This document shows, in pieces, positions 29,557-38,138 of a stretch of DNA of 64,000 nt. The number at the start of each line of letters is the position of its first letter. Position 1 is the stretch's first letter. This stretch comes from Candidatus Levyibacteriota bacterium. GTDB taxonomy: Bacteria; Patescibacteriota; Microgenomatia; Levybacterales; UBA12049. Location of the stretch: assembly GCA_963716145.1 (NCBI GenBank), contig OY970292.1, forward strand, positions 965,404 to 1,029,403, in the 5' to 3' direction. The position numbers and the translations under genes are program-made. The notes under the pieces were generated by a model. That model was given only the letters and a program-made list of their open reading frames with translations. It searched no databases and had not been told where the DNA came from.

Positions 29557-30366
29557 TTACTTTTCTAATTTAATAAATAATTTATATACATTATCATCCG
29601 TTTGCTGCGCCAATTTTTCCAGTGTTACACCTTTTAATTTAGCTATAAATTCTGCTGTAATTATAGCATGTTTGGGTTCATTTCGCTTGCCTCTGAAAGG
29701 AATGGGAGTTAAATAAGGGCTATCTGTTTCAATTACAATCCGCTCGAGCGGTGTGAGCTGGGCAAGCTCCGTGAGAGTAACTGTTTCACCGGGGGCTAAG
29801 CCTTTGTAAGTAATATTCCCGTCAAACCCGATATAGAAACCCATCTGCAGAGCAGACTTCAGAGTTTCTGTATTGCCTGCGAAACAATGGAACATGCCTG
29901 GGGTGTTTAGCAGCAGATGTTTATGCTCTTTCAAAATTTTTAAAATGTCCGCTCCTGCATGGCGGTTATGAATTTGAAGAGGAAGTTTCAATTTATGTGC
30001 GAGTTCTATTTGCTCAATGAATATCTTTTTTTGAAGGGTAGGATCTACTATACCGTTTGATTGATATGAATAGTAATCCAATCCTATTTCGCCAATTGCA
30101 AGAACTTTTTTATTTACAGCGAGTTTTTCAAGTTGCTCAATCCAATCCGATTTGAGGTCATGCTTGTCGGCATGATGTGGATGAACACCTATAATTGCAA
30201 ATATTTTGTCATATTTTTCCGCAAGTTCTACTGCTTTTTGGCTTGATTCAATTCTGGTCCCGACGTTTATAATTTTGGTTAAACCAGAGGAAAACGCGTC
30301 CTTGATGACTGAATCATAATCACTTTCAAAAGCTTGAAATTGTAAATGGCAATGGACATCTATCAT
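29557..30366 (-). CDS. tatD: TatD family nuclease
   Basis: IDVHCHL, GVHPH, IGEIGLDY, HNR.A, HCF, ETDSPYL. Confidence 0.95.
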   Translation of the reverse strand: MIDVHCHLQFQAFESDYDSVIKDAFSSGLTKIINVGTRIESSQKAVELAEKYDKIFAIIGVHPHHADKHDLKSDWIEQLEKLAVNKKVLAIGEIGLDYYSYQSNGIVDPTLQKKIFIEQIELAHKLKLPLQIHNRHAGADILKILKEHKHLLLNTPGMFHCFAGNTETLKSALQMGFYIGFDGNITYKGLAPGETVTLTELAQLTPLERIVIETDSPYLTPIPFRGKRNEPKHAIITAEFIAKLKGVTLEKLAQQTDDNVYKLFIKLEK

Positions 30367-30370
30367 AAAT

Positions 30371-30469
30371 AATTTTCAATTTTCAATTTTCAATTTGAAA
30401 TAAAATCTAAATTTTAAAAATTACGTCATTGAAAATTCAATGAAAATTTCAAATTTCGAATTAAAAATT
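30371..30469. repeat. AT-rich heptamer inverted-repeat element
   Basis: Left arm (AATTTTC)n, right arm (GAAAATT)-like units; core TTGAAAATTCAATGAAAATT shared with 57148-57273. Confidence 0.75.
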
Positions 30470-31906
30470 ATAATCGTGGAAACAAAGATTTCTGTGAAAC
30501 TATTTTTGGCCCTTAAACTGCTTTGTTATTTTGTTTGAAGTTGCGGGCATGAACGGCTGGAGAAGAATTGCCATTTCCTGTATTTGATCCACGCAATGGG
30601 CAAGAACACTTTTACATCGTCCAGGATCAGTTTTTAGCAATTCCCAAGGCTTCTCCTCATTAATAAATTGATCAACCTTTGTAATTTTCCTCCAAATAAA
30701 AGCCAGCGCGTCATTGAATTTGTATTCAGAAAGTGCCTTGGCGTACGTTTCATCAGTTAAAACGTGTTCTGCAGTTCCGGTTTTTGATCCCATTTCTGTA
30801 AAATCGGTTGTTTCACACAATTTGGCAACTCTGGCAACAAGATTCCCCAAGCCATTGGCAAGATCAGCATTATAAACTTCTTTAAACCTGCTGATTGAAA
30901 AATCTCCGTCATCAAACGGCGGAATTTCTCGGAGTAGATAATATCTGAGAGCATCGGTTCCATATTCTTTAACAAGATCAAAAGGATTTACAACATTTCC
31001 CAGACTTTTACTCATCTTTTGTCCCTCGCTTTGTATGAATCCATGGATCAAAATTTGTCTTGAGGGTTCAACTCCGGCTGACATCAGCATAGCCTGCCAC
31101 ATTGCTGATTGCTGTCTAAGATTGTCTTTTCCTGCCAATTGAATAACAGGCCAGTATGATTTGAACTTTTGCAAATCTTTTGGCCAGCCTATTGCCGAAA
31201 TATAATTTACCAACGCGTCAAACCAAACATACATCACATGGTCGTCATCAGATGGGACTTGTACACCCCAAGGCATTTTGTTTTTAAGACGGGATATGCT
31301 GAAGTCCTCAAGTCCGTTTTTCACAAATGATTTTATTTCATTAAAGCGGAAATCAGGAAGTACAAAGCTTGGTCTTTGTTTGTAGAGATCCAATAGTGGC
31401 TGTTGATATTTTGAAAAGCGGAAAAAGTAATTTTCCTCATCAATAATCTCTACATCAAGATTGGGGTGGACCGGACATTTGCCGTCCGTAAGTTCCGAAT
31501 CGGTTTTCTCAAGCTCGCAACCTACACAGTATTTTATTTTATACGCTTTTTTGTAAATATCTCCGTTTGCTTCGCACCTTTTCCAGAATTCCTGCGCCGC
31601 TTCTTTATGAGCAGGATTTGTGGTTCTGATAAAATTTATGTCATCGACTAGACCCAATACTTCTTTGAGGTCTTTAAATTTTTCCGCGTACTCATCAACA
31701 TATTTTTGCGTATCTTTTTTACTTTCCTGAGCTTTTCTGTGGATTTTCAATCCATGCTCATCTGTGCCCGTGTTGAAAAAAACGTCATGACCCTGAGCTC
31801 TCAAATTACGCACGATAGTATCTGCCTGAACTATTTCAAGAGCAAAACCGATGTGAGGATCAGCGTTAACATAAGGAAGAGTGGTGGTGATATAAAATTT
31901 GGCCAT
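30468..31906 (-). CDS. metG: Methionine--tRNA ligase (short form); last ~12 codons shifted by a probable 1-bp error near 30509
   Basis: YVN..PHIG, GTDEHG, FIRTT, YC..CE, YVWFDAL, KMSKS; the alternate frame continues IVSQKSLFPRL* to 30468 (uncorrected stop at 30500). Confidence 0.95.
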
Positions 31907-31918
31907 ACTAGCTAGAAA

Positions 31919-31947
31919 ATTGTACCAGAGGCAGGGGACTTAGACAA
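31919..31947 (-). promoter_or_regulatory. Proximal promoter of metG
   Basis: TTGTCT-17 nt-TACAAT with TG extension on the minus strand. Confidence 0.6.
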
Positions 31948-32004
31948 GGAGTTAAGCATGAGGAGGTTTTTTCTTCAAAAACGAACCATAAGACAAATTT
32001 AAAT

Positions 32005-32175
32005 TCATCTATATTGTCTTGCACTGCGCAATCTCTGTTCCAAATTTTTTCTACGATCAAATAATTCAGTAGGAACAGCTTGCCCCGTCCTTTCAAGATG
32101 TTTTATTCTTCTCAAGACGTTTCTAGCTTCTGCTAGTGCTTGTTTGCTTCTAATTCCTTCTCTAGTATTATTCAT
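32005..32175 (-). CDS. Small basic hypothetical protein (56 aa) downstream of the SAM riboswitch
   Basis: MNNTREGIRSKQALAEARNVLRRIKHLERTGQAVPTELFDRRKNLEQRLRSARQYR*; below the ORF-track size cut-off. Confidence 0.45.
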   Translation of the reverse strand: MNNTREGIRSKQALAEARNVLRRIKHLERTGQAVPTELFDRRKNLEQRLRSARQYR

Positions 32176-32250
32176 TTATTTACTAATTTAATTCTTCAAT
32201 TAACTTAGGATATATTCTCAAAATTGTTGATTTTGAAATTTTCTAGATAC

Positions 32251-32273
32251 AAAAAAACCTCCCAAGGGAGGTT
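32251..32273 (-). terminator. Intrinsic terminator of the riboswitch expression platform
   Basis: Minus strand AACCTCCC-tt-GGGAGGTT-TTTTT. Confidence 0.8.
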
Positions 32274-32313
32274 AGAAACAAAAAAATTGTTTTCCTTTGA
32301 TTTCTCTCAGGAC

Positions 32314-32412
32314 TAATCCTTCCCGTATGGGTTGGGTTGAGCACCGTTCCAAATTTTAGTCGGTTGCTGGATGGGTCACTGAGCCAAAACTCTCGCCATC
32401 ACTCTTGATTAA
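32314..32412 (-). ncRNA. SAM-I superfamily riboswitch (SAM-I or SAM-I/IV variant)
   Basis: Minus strand TAATCAAGAG-TGATGGCGAGAGTTTTGGCTCAGTGACCCATC-CAGCAACCG...CGGTGCT-CAACCC...GGGAAGGATTA: AUCAAGAG, GCAACC/GGUGC and closing P1 (TAATC/GATTA). Confidence 0.82.
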
Positions 32413-32416
32413 TTTA

Positions 32417-32445
32417 ATCTTAACATGGGATTAAATTTTCTGCAA
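32417..32445 (-). promoter_or_regulatory. Promoter of the SAM riboswitch leader
   Basis: TTGCAG-17 nt-TAAGAT with TG extension, just upstream of the aptamer. Confidence 0.65.
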
Positions 32446-32453
32446 GGGTTAAT

Positions 32454-32789
32454 TTATTTTTTATACGCAAAAAGAAGCTCCAGTACCAGGAATAATGCCG
32501 CAAGAAGAAGTATAAAAAATGGATGAGTTAAGTTATTCAAGCAGAAAGAAAGAAAAATAACCGTAAAAACCCCAAGCAATAATCCATGTATGACACTTTT
32601 GGAAAAATATGTCGTTAATGAAAATAAAAAAAGAAAAGTCAGCAGAAAAAACAAACTGACAACAGGTAGCTGATAACCTATCAATGAAAAATTATGACTA
32701 GGAGAGAAGTAATAAATTAAAGCTGAAAGAGATATTAGACTTATTACGCCAATAAATAAAAACTTTAGCTGTCTTTTTCTTTTGTGCAT
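32454..32789 (-). CDS. Small multi-TM membrane protein
   Basis: 111 aa, four hydrophobic segments. Confidence 0.7.
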   Translation of the reverse strand: MHKRKRQLKFLFIGVISLISLSALIYYFSPSHNFSLIGYQLPVVSLFFLLTFLFLFSLTTYFSKSVIHGLLLGVFTVIFLSFCLNNLTHPFFILLLAALFLVLELLFAYKK

Positions 32790-32792
32790 ACA

Positions 32793-33458
32793 TTATGGGT
32801 TAATTAATGGGATTCGCAGTATGCTAACTCCAATTAGCTCAAGGAAAACGAAAGCGAAGATCAAGAACAGCAGTCCGACAATCGCAGCAATCAACTGGTC
32901 CCGTCCCTCTTTTACCGCTTCAGGTTTGCCTTCTGATGTCATTATCTTAAAACCGGCCCTCATCAATAGGAGTAGCGCTACTGCCCCTGAGCCGGCGAGA
33001 ATTATAGCAAAGACCGATGCAATAAATTCTCCGGGGTTAGTTCTTAGCCCCCCGACTCCAGTATAAAATTGTGGACATTTTCCATCCTTCAAGTCTTGGG
33101 CGCATGGTGGTTTAGGGGGAGGAGGCTGAGGAATGTCTTCATCACCAGGATAAACGCAAATTTTTCCCAGTAATTTTATTTCTTTACATTCAAGTCTCGT
33201 CTTATCCGGGTCCTCACCGCAGTCCGCACCATTGTCACAAGCGTCTCCAGGATTGCCGAGCGGAAGACAGGCATGTTTGTCGAAACCTCGTTTTATTTCT
33301 CTGCAAGAAACTTTGGGATACTTAGAATCTGGAACACAGACTTCGTCTTTGTCGCATCCATCTCCTACTTTTGCAGCGTAGCTTTTGGGTAAATCTATAG
33401 AAGAGAAGAGGAGCAGAGCAATAAAAAAGATAATACCTGTAAAAAAATTCTTTTTCAT
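32793..33458 (-). CDS. TrbC/VirB2-like (CPR-type) pilin with Cys-rich N-terminal repeats
   Basis: Signal peptide; two Cys repeats (GD.CD....C...C.EIK....C); C-terminal AGFKIMTSEGKPEAVKEGR...AIVGLL pilin-like hairpin. Confidence 0.75.
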   Translation of the reverse strand: MKKNFFTGIIFFIALLLFSSIDLPKSYAAKVGDGCDKDEVCVPDSKYPKVSCREIKRGFDKHACLPLGNPGDACDNGADCGEDPDKTRLECKEIKLLGKICVYPGDEDIPQPPPPKPPCAQDLKDGKCPQFYTGVGGLRTNPGEFIASVFAIILAGSGAVALLLLMRAGFKIMTSEGKPEAVKEGRDQLIAAIVGLLFLIFAFVFLELIGVSILRIPLINP

Positions 33459-33499
33459 CTTTTTAGCATTGCAAATTGCAAGAAAAATTGCAATAGGGC

Positions 33500-33528
33500 T
33501 TGACAACATTTGGCACTCGTGCTATATT
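33500..33528 (+). promoter_or_regulatory. Promoter of the hrcA operon
   Basis: TTGACA-17 nt-TATATT with TG extension. Confidence 0.75.
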
Positions 33529-33536
33529 ATTGCTAA
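33510..33536 (+). promoter_or_regulatory. CIRCE-like operator (HrcA site)
   Basis: TTGGCACTC-N9-TATTGCTAA versus consensus TTAGCACTC-N9-GAGTGCTAA (8/9 and 7/9), overlapping the -10 box. Confidence 0.78.
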
Positions 33537-33541
33537 TTCAC

Positions 33542-34273
33542 ATGCATAATTTAACCCAAAGACAGATAGAGATACTACGTAGCATTATTGAAGAGTATAT
33601 TGAAACAGCAGAGGCGGTTGGATCTGAAACTATTGAAAAAAAGCACAATTTAAGCGCAAGTCCAGCAACGATCCGTAATGAAATGGTTAAGTTGGCAGAA
33701 TACGGATATATAAAAAAAACTCACTCTTCGGCAGGGCGTGTCCCTACAGGCTCAGGTCTTAAATTTTATGTACGTGAGCTGATGAAGGAAAAAGAACTAT
33801 CAACAGTTGAGGAAGTTGCTCTTAAAGAAAAAGTTTGGGATTATCGTGAGAAAATGCAGCGTTTTTTAAAAGAAACAACCAAGTCGCTTGCTACTAAAAC
33901 CAATGCTCTTGCCATAGCCACAACCAATGATGGAGATATCTTTTGTTCAGGGTACGCAAATATTTTGGAAATGCCGGAATTTTTTGATATTGATGTAACC
34001 AAGAATTTATTGGAAGCACTTGATGAATATGACTGTTTTGAAAATATTTTTGCAAATACTCAGGGCGGATCGGAAATTCATGTTTTGATAGAAGATGAAC
34101 TTGGCGAAAGCCTGCGTGGTCCTTATGGATTTATCTTCACAGAATATGCAACACCTTTGAATATTCATGGGAGAATTGGTGTATTGGGACCAGCACGCCT
34201 TGCTTATACATCAATAATTCCAACTGTCCGTTATTTTGGAGAAATGATAAGGGAAAGCGCGAAGGGATGGTAA
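33542..34273 (+). CDS. hrcA: Heat-inducible transcription repressor HrcA (short form)
   Basis: LTQRQ..IL..I.EEYI.TAEAVGS, SPATIRNEM, HSSAGRVPT, GVLGPARLAY. Confidence 0.95.
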   Translation: MHNLTQRQIEILRSIIEEYIETAEAVGSETIEKKHNLSASPATIRNEMVKLAEYGYIKKTHSSAGRVPTGSGLKFYVRELMKEKELSTVEEVALKEKVWDYREKMQRFLKETTKSLATKTNALAIATTNDGDIFCSGYANILEMPEFFDIDVTKNLLEALDEYDCFENIFANTQGGSEIHVLIEDELGESLRGPYGFIFTEYATPLNIHGRIGVLGPARLAYTSIIPTVRYFGEMIRESAKGW

Positions 34274-34279
34274 ACGAAG

Positions 34280-34326
34280 TTCAAAATTCAAATTGCAAAA
34301 TTCAAAATTACAATTAAAAATTAAAA
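34280..34326. repeat. Heptamer (TTCAAAA-like) tandem array between hrcA and grpE
   Basis: TTCAAAA TTCAAAT TGCAAAA TTCAAAA TTACAAT TAAAAAT. Confidence 0.65.
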
Positions 34327-34827
34327 ATGACTAAAAAAGACATAAAAAATGAAGAAGAGAAGCTTGATGAAACAGAAGAAATTGAGGAAAACACAGAAGA
34401 CAGTGAACTTGAACAATTAAAAGTAAAGCTGGAATCAGCAGATGACAGCTACAAAAGAGCGCTTGCTGATTATCAAAATTTGCAGAAAAGAGTAAGTGAT
34501 GAAAGACGAGATCTGATATTGGCGGCCAATAGAGATTTGCTCTTGCGAATTCTTTCTGTTTTGGATACACTGGTTCTTGCAAACAAGCATGACGAGAGCG
34601 AAGGTTTGAAAGTCGCTATTAAGCAATTTGAAGATATACTAAAGTCAGAAGGTGTTACAAAAGTAGAAACTAAAGGATTAGAGTTTGATCCTCAATTTAT
34701 GGAAGCTGTAGCAATTGATTCTGGGGAGGAAAATAAAGTTTTAGAAGAAATGCGTTCAGGATTTATGTTAAACGATAAAGTTCTGAGACCGGCGCAAGTG
34801 AAAGTAGGTTCTGCAAAGCAGAATTAG
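34327..34827 (+). CDS. grpE: Nucleotide exchange factor GrpE
   Basis: RALADYQNLQKR, FDPQFMEAV, GF.LNDKVLRPAQV.V. Confidence 0.95.
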   Translation: MTKKDIKNEEEKLDETEEIEENTEDSELEQLKVKLESADDSYKRALADYQNLQKRVSDERRDLILAANRDLLLRILSVLDTLVLANKHDESEGLKVAIKQFEDILKSEGVTKVETKGLEFDPQFMEAVAIDSGEENKVLEEMRSGFMLNDKVLRPAQVKVGSAKQN

Positions 34828-34839
34828 GAGGAATAAATT

Positions 34840-36759
34840 ATGGGAAAAATAATAGGAATAGATTTAGGAACAACAAATTCAGCAATGGCTGTGATGGAAG
34901 GTGGGTCACCTAAGGTTATCCATTCGGCCGAGGGACGAAACACTGTACCATCTGTTGTTGACCCGATCGCGCATATTGTTGGCGATGTGGCAAAGCGTCA
35001 AATGGCTCTTAAGCCAAAACGCACAATTTTTTCAATAAAAAGATTAATCGGGCGTAAATTTAGCGATAAGACCGTACAGGGGGATATAAAATGGCTTCCG
35101 TATACTGTTAAGGCAGGACGCGACGATATGGCCGTTGTTGAGGTTGAGGGAAAGACTTTTACTCCTCAGGAAATTTCAGCTCAAATTCTGCAGAAGATTA
35201 AAGCGGATGCTGAGGCATATCTTGGGGAAAAGGTAACCCAAGCAGTTATCACAGTTCCTGCATATTTTGATGACAGTGAGCGTCAGGCAACCAAGCAGGC
35301 TGGGGAAATCGCTGGACTTGAAGTTTTGCGTATCATTAATGAGCCAACAGCTGCAGCCCTCGCGTATGGTTTGGATAAAAAGAATGCGCACACCATCGCG
35401 GTTTACGACTTGGGTGGAGGAACTTTTGATATCTCAATTCTTGAATTAGGGGATGGTGTCTATCAAGTTAAATCCACAAACGGTGATACGCATCTTGGCG
35501 GAGACGATTTTGACCAGAAGATTATAAATTACTTGGCAGATGAATTCCAGAAAGAAAACGGAATTGATCTAAGAAAAGACCCTCAAGCCCTACAAAGACT
35601 TAAGGAGTCTGCCGAAAAAGCAAAGATTGAGCTTTCAAGTAGTCAGGAGGCATCCATTAACCAGCCCTTTATAACTCAGGGAAAAGACGGCCCTTTACAT
35701 CTGACTATGAGTTTGTCCAGATCCAAACTTGAGCAAATTGTTGATGACCTGATCCAAAAAACACTAACGCCTCTTGAAAAAGCAATAAAAGACGCAGGGG
35801 TAAAAGTTGCGGATGTTAATGAGGTAATTATGGTAGGCGGTATGACCCGTATGCCAAAGATAGTTGAGGTTGTTGAGAAATTCTTTGGGAAAGAAGCTAA
35901 TCGGTCAGTAAATCCAGATGAAGTTGTGGCAATCGGTGCTGCCGTTCAGGCCGGAGTTTTGGGTGGTGAGGTGAAAGACGTTTTGCTTTTGGACGTCACG
36001 CCATTGACGCTTGGGATTGAAACTCTCGGAAGTGTCTCAACACCATTGATCGAGCGGAACACAACTATCCCAACCAGTAAATCTCAAGTTTTCTCAACAG
36101 CCGCAGATAACCAAACGCAAGTTGAAATTAACGTTCTTCAGGGTGAGCGCCCAATGGCAGCTGACAACAAGTCGCTTGGACGGTTTATCTTAGAGGGAAT
36201 TCCACCCGCCCCAAGAGGTGTACCACAGGTTGAGGTAACATTTGATATTGATGCAAATGGTATTTTAAATGTCTCGGCAAAAGACAAGGCAACCGGTAAA
36301 GAAAACAAAATCCAAATTACAGGAAGCACCGGTCTTTCCAAGGAAGAAGTTGAAAAAATGACCAAAGATGCGGAAATGAACGCAAAAGAAGATGAAGAGA
36401 AGAAAGAAAAGATTGAGGCTCGAAATCACGCTGATTCACTCATATTTACCGCTGAAAAATCTTTGAAGGATGCAGGAGACAAAGTCGCACCTGAAATAAA
36501 AACAGAAGTTGAAGAAAAGATAAAAGCATTGAAAGATATTTTGGATAGCGGATCAAAAGAAGAGCTTGAAGCAAAAACCAATGAACTTTCAGAATCTCTT
36601 CAGAAAATAGGCCAAGCCGCATATCAACAAGGGCAGCAAGCGCAAACTCAGGAGGAAATTGAGAAAGAAGAGAAAGAGGGAAAAACTGACGACGCAACAG
36701 ATTCAGATAAGGACAAGAAAGATAAGGAAGAACCGGTTGAGGGAGAGGTTGTAGAATAA
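34840..36759 (+). CDS. dnaK: Chaperone DnaK
   Basis: [41 protein letters not shown]. Confidence 0.99.
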   Translation: MGKIIGIDLGTTNSAMAVMEGGSPKVIHSAEGRNTVPSVVDPIAHIVGDVAKRQMALKPKRTIFSIKRLIGRKFSDKTVQGDIKWLPYTVKAGRDDMAVVEVEGKTFTPQEISAQILQKIKADAEAYLGEKVTQAVITVPAYFDDSERQATKQAGEIAGLEVLRIINEPTAAALAYGLDKKNAHTIAVYDLGGGTFDISILELGDGVYQVKSTNGDTHLGGDDFDQKIINYLADEFQKENGIDLRKDPQALQRLKESAEKAKIELSSSQEASINQPFITQGKDGPLHLTMSLSRSKLEQIVDDLIQKTLTPLEKAIKDAGVKVADVNEVIMVGGMTRMPKIVEVVEKFFGKEANRSVNPDEVVAIGAAVQAGVLGGEVKDVLLLDVTPLTLGIETLGSVSTPLIERNTTIPTSKSQVFSTAADNQTQVEINVLQGERPMAADNKSLGRFILEGIPPAPRGVPQVEVTFDIDANGILNVSAKDKATGKENKIQITGSTGLSKEEVEKMTKDAEMNAKEDEEKKEKIEARNHADSLIFTAEKSLKDAGDKVAPEIKTEVEEKIKALKDILDSGSKEELEAKTNELSESLQKIGQAAYQQGQQAQTQEEIEKEEKEGKTDDATDSDKDKKDKEEPVEGEVVE

Positions 36760-36844
36760 ATTTCCAATAATTACCAATTTCAAATATCCAATTCCCAAGA
36801 CGTTTATTTGATATTTGCAATTTGAAATTAGAAATTTGTAATTC
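36758..36844. repeat. AT-rich heptamer inverted-repeat element
   Basis: AATTTCC/AATTACC/AATTTCA left arm; TTGATAT/TTGCAAT/TTGAAAT/TAGAAAT right arm. Confidence 0.65.
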
Positions 36845-36869
36845 AAAAGAGCGCTAAAGGCGCTTTTTT
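36845..36869 (+). terminator. Intrinsic terminator after dnaK
   Basis: AAAAGAGCGC-taaag-GCGCTTTTTT. Confidence 0.65.
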
Positions 36870-36883
36870 AGTATAATTAACCT

Positions 36884-37762
36884 ATGGCAGACAAAAATTA
36901 CTACACAGTTTTAGGCGTTTCCAAAACTGCTTCAGCGGACGAGATTAAAAAAGCTTACCGTAAGCTTGCTTTGGAATTTCATCCAGACCGCAACAAATCA
37001 AAAGAGGCAGATGCTAAGTTTAAAGAAGTCACCAAAGCATATGAAGTGCTATCAGATGAAGGGAAAAGAAAAACTTATGATCAGGTAGGCCACGCGGGAT
37101 TTGAGCAGGGAGGATTCGGCGGAGCCGGAGGTGGGCCATTTGGCGGCGGCCAGGGTGGGCAGCAAGGCGGACAATACGGACCATTCAGTTATACCTATTC
37201 ACAAGGGGGAAATGGGGCAAATTTTGATTTTGGAGGATTCTCCGACCCATTTGAGATATTTGAACAGTTTTTTGGCGGTGCGTCTCCTTTTGGCCAACGT
37301 CAGCGCCGTCCTGCGTATTCAGTAAAAATTAGTTTTGATGAAGCAGTGCATGGAGTTGAAAAACAGGTAAGTATAGACGGAAAATCACAGAAAATAAAAA
37401 TTCCTCCGGGTGTGGACCGCGGACAACGGATGCGTTTTGGGGATTATGATGCGGTGATAGATGTTACACCTGACAAGCGTTTTGCCAGGGAGGGCTATGA
37501 CATTATAACTGAGAAGGAAATTTCATTCCCCCAAGCAGCACTTGGAGGAGAAATATCGGTTGACACAGTTGATGGCGATGTGAAAATTCGTATTCCTGCC
37601 GGGACACAGCCTGAGACATTGATCCGGCTCGCCGGGCGGGGAATAAAACACCTGCAGTCAAATGGACATGGTGATCACTACCTAAAAATAAAAGTTACAG
37701 TCCCTAAAAAATTGAACAAACAACAAAAAGAGCTGCTCGAACAGCTTGAAAACGCTAAATAA
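36884..37762 (+). CDS. dnaJ: J-domain chaperone without zinc finger (class B DnaJ/CbpA-like)
   Basis: HPD motif, G/F-rich region, C-terminal domains; no CxxCxGxG repeats. Confidence 0.9.
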   Translation: MADKNYYTVLGVSKTASADEIKKAYRKLALEFHPDRNKSKEADAKFKEVTKAYEVLSDEGKRKTYDQVGHAGFEQGGFGGAGGGPFGGGQGGQQGGQYGPFSYTYSQGGNGANFDFGGFSDPFEIFEQFFGGASPFGQRQRRPAYSVKISFDEAVHGVEKQVSIDGKSQKIKIPPGVDRGQRMRFGDYDAVIDVTPDKRFAREGYDIITEKEISFPQAALGGEISVDTVDGDVKIRIPAGTQPETLIRLAGRGIKHLQSNGHGDHYLKIKVTVPKKLNKQQKELLEQLENAK

Positions 37763-37836
37763 GAATATCTCCTTATCTTCAAAACCTAAGATTGTTTCTC
37801 CTTGTTTTAGGTATTGTTTTTTGCTACTGTTAGATT

Positions 37837-38136
37837 ATGGCATTTTGTCCCAATATTAATGATATAAATACGGATTTTGGGTGCTTTCCCAATGATCCTA
37901 TTGGTTTTGTTTTAGCGTTTTACCGTATTGGGCTTCCGTTTGTGGGAGGTGTTGCTTTAATTATTTTAATGATTGGAGGTTATACGCTCATGACTTCGCA
38001 AGGTGATCCGCAGCGCGTACGTTCTGGAAAAGCGTGGATTTACTACGCGATCGGGGGACTTTTGCTTGCAGTTTTCGGGTACGTCATTATTCAGACAATT
38101 GCCGGAGACATATTGAAGATACCAGGCTTTAGTTAA
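37837..38136 (+). CDS. TrbC/VirB2-like (CPR-type) pilin
   Basis: GGYTLMTSQGDPQRVRSGK...AIGGLLL; aligns by eye with the C-terminus of 32793-33458. Confidence 0.75.
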   Translation: MAFCPNINDINTDFGCFPNDPIGFVLAFYRIGLPFVGGVALIILMIGGYTLMTSQGDPQRVRSGKAWIYYAIGGLLLAVFGYVIIQTIAGDILKIPGFS

Positions 38137-38138
38137 GT

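Noticed and set aside
30371-30469. CRISPR array suggested by the periodic repeats here and at 34280, 36758 and 57148
   Set aside because: Units are 7 nt with no unique spacers and there are no cas genes; the Cas4-like nuclease is part of the UvrD fusion.
31908-32096. 62-aa ORF from the track upstream of metG
   Set aside because: Non-ATG start, overlaps the metG promoter and a more plausible ATG-initiated 56-aa ORF in another frame.
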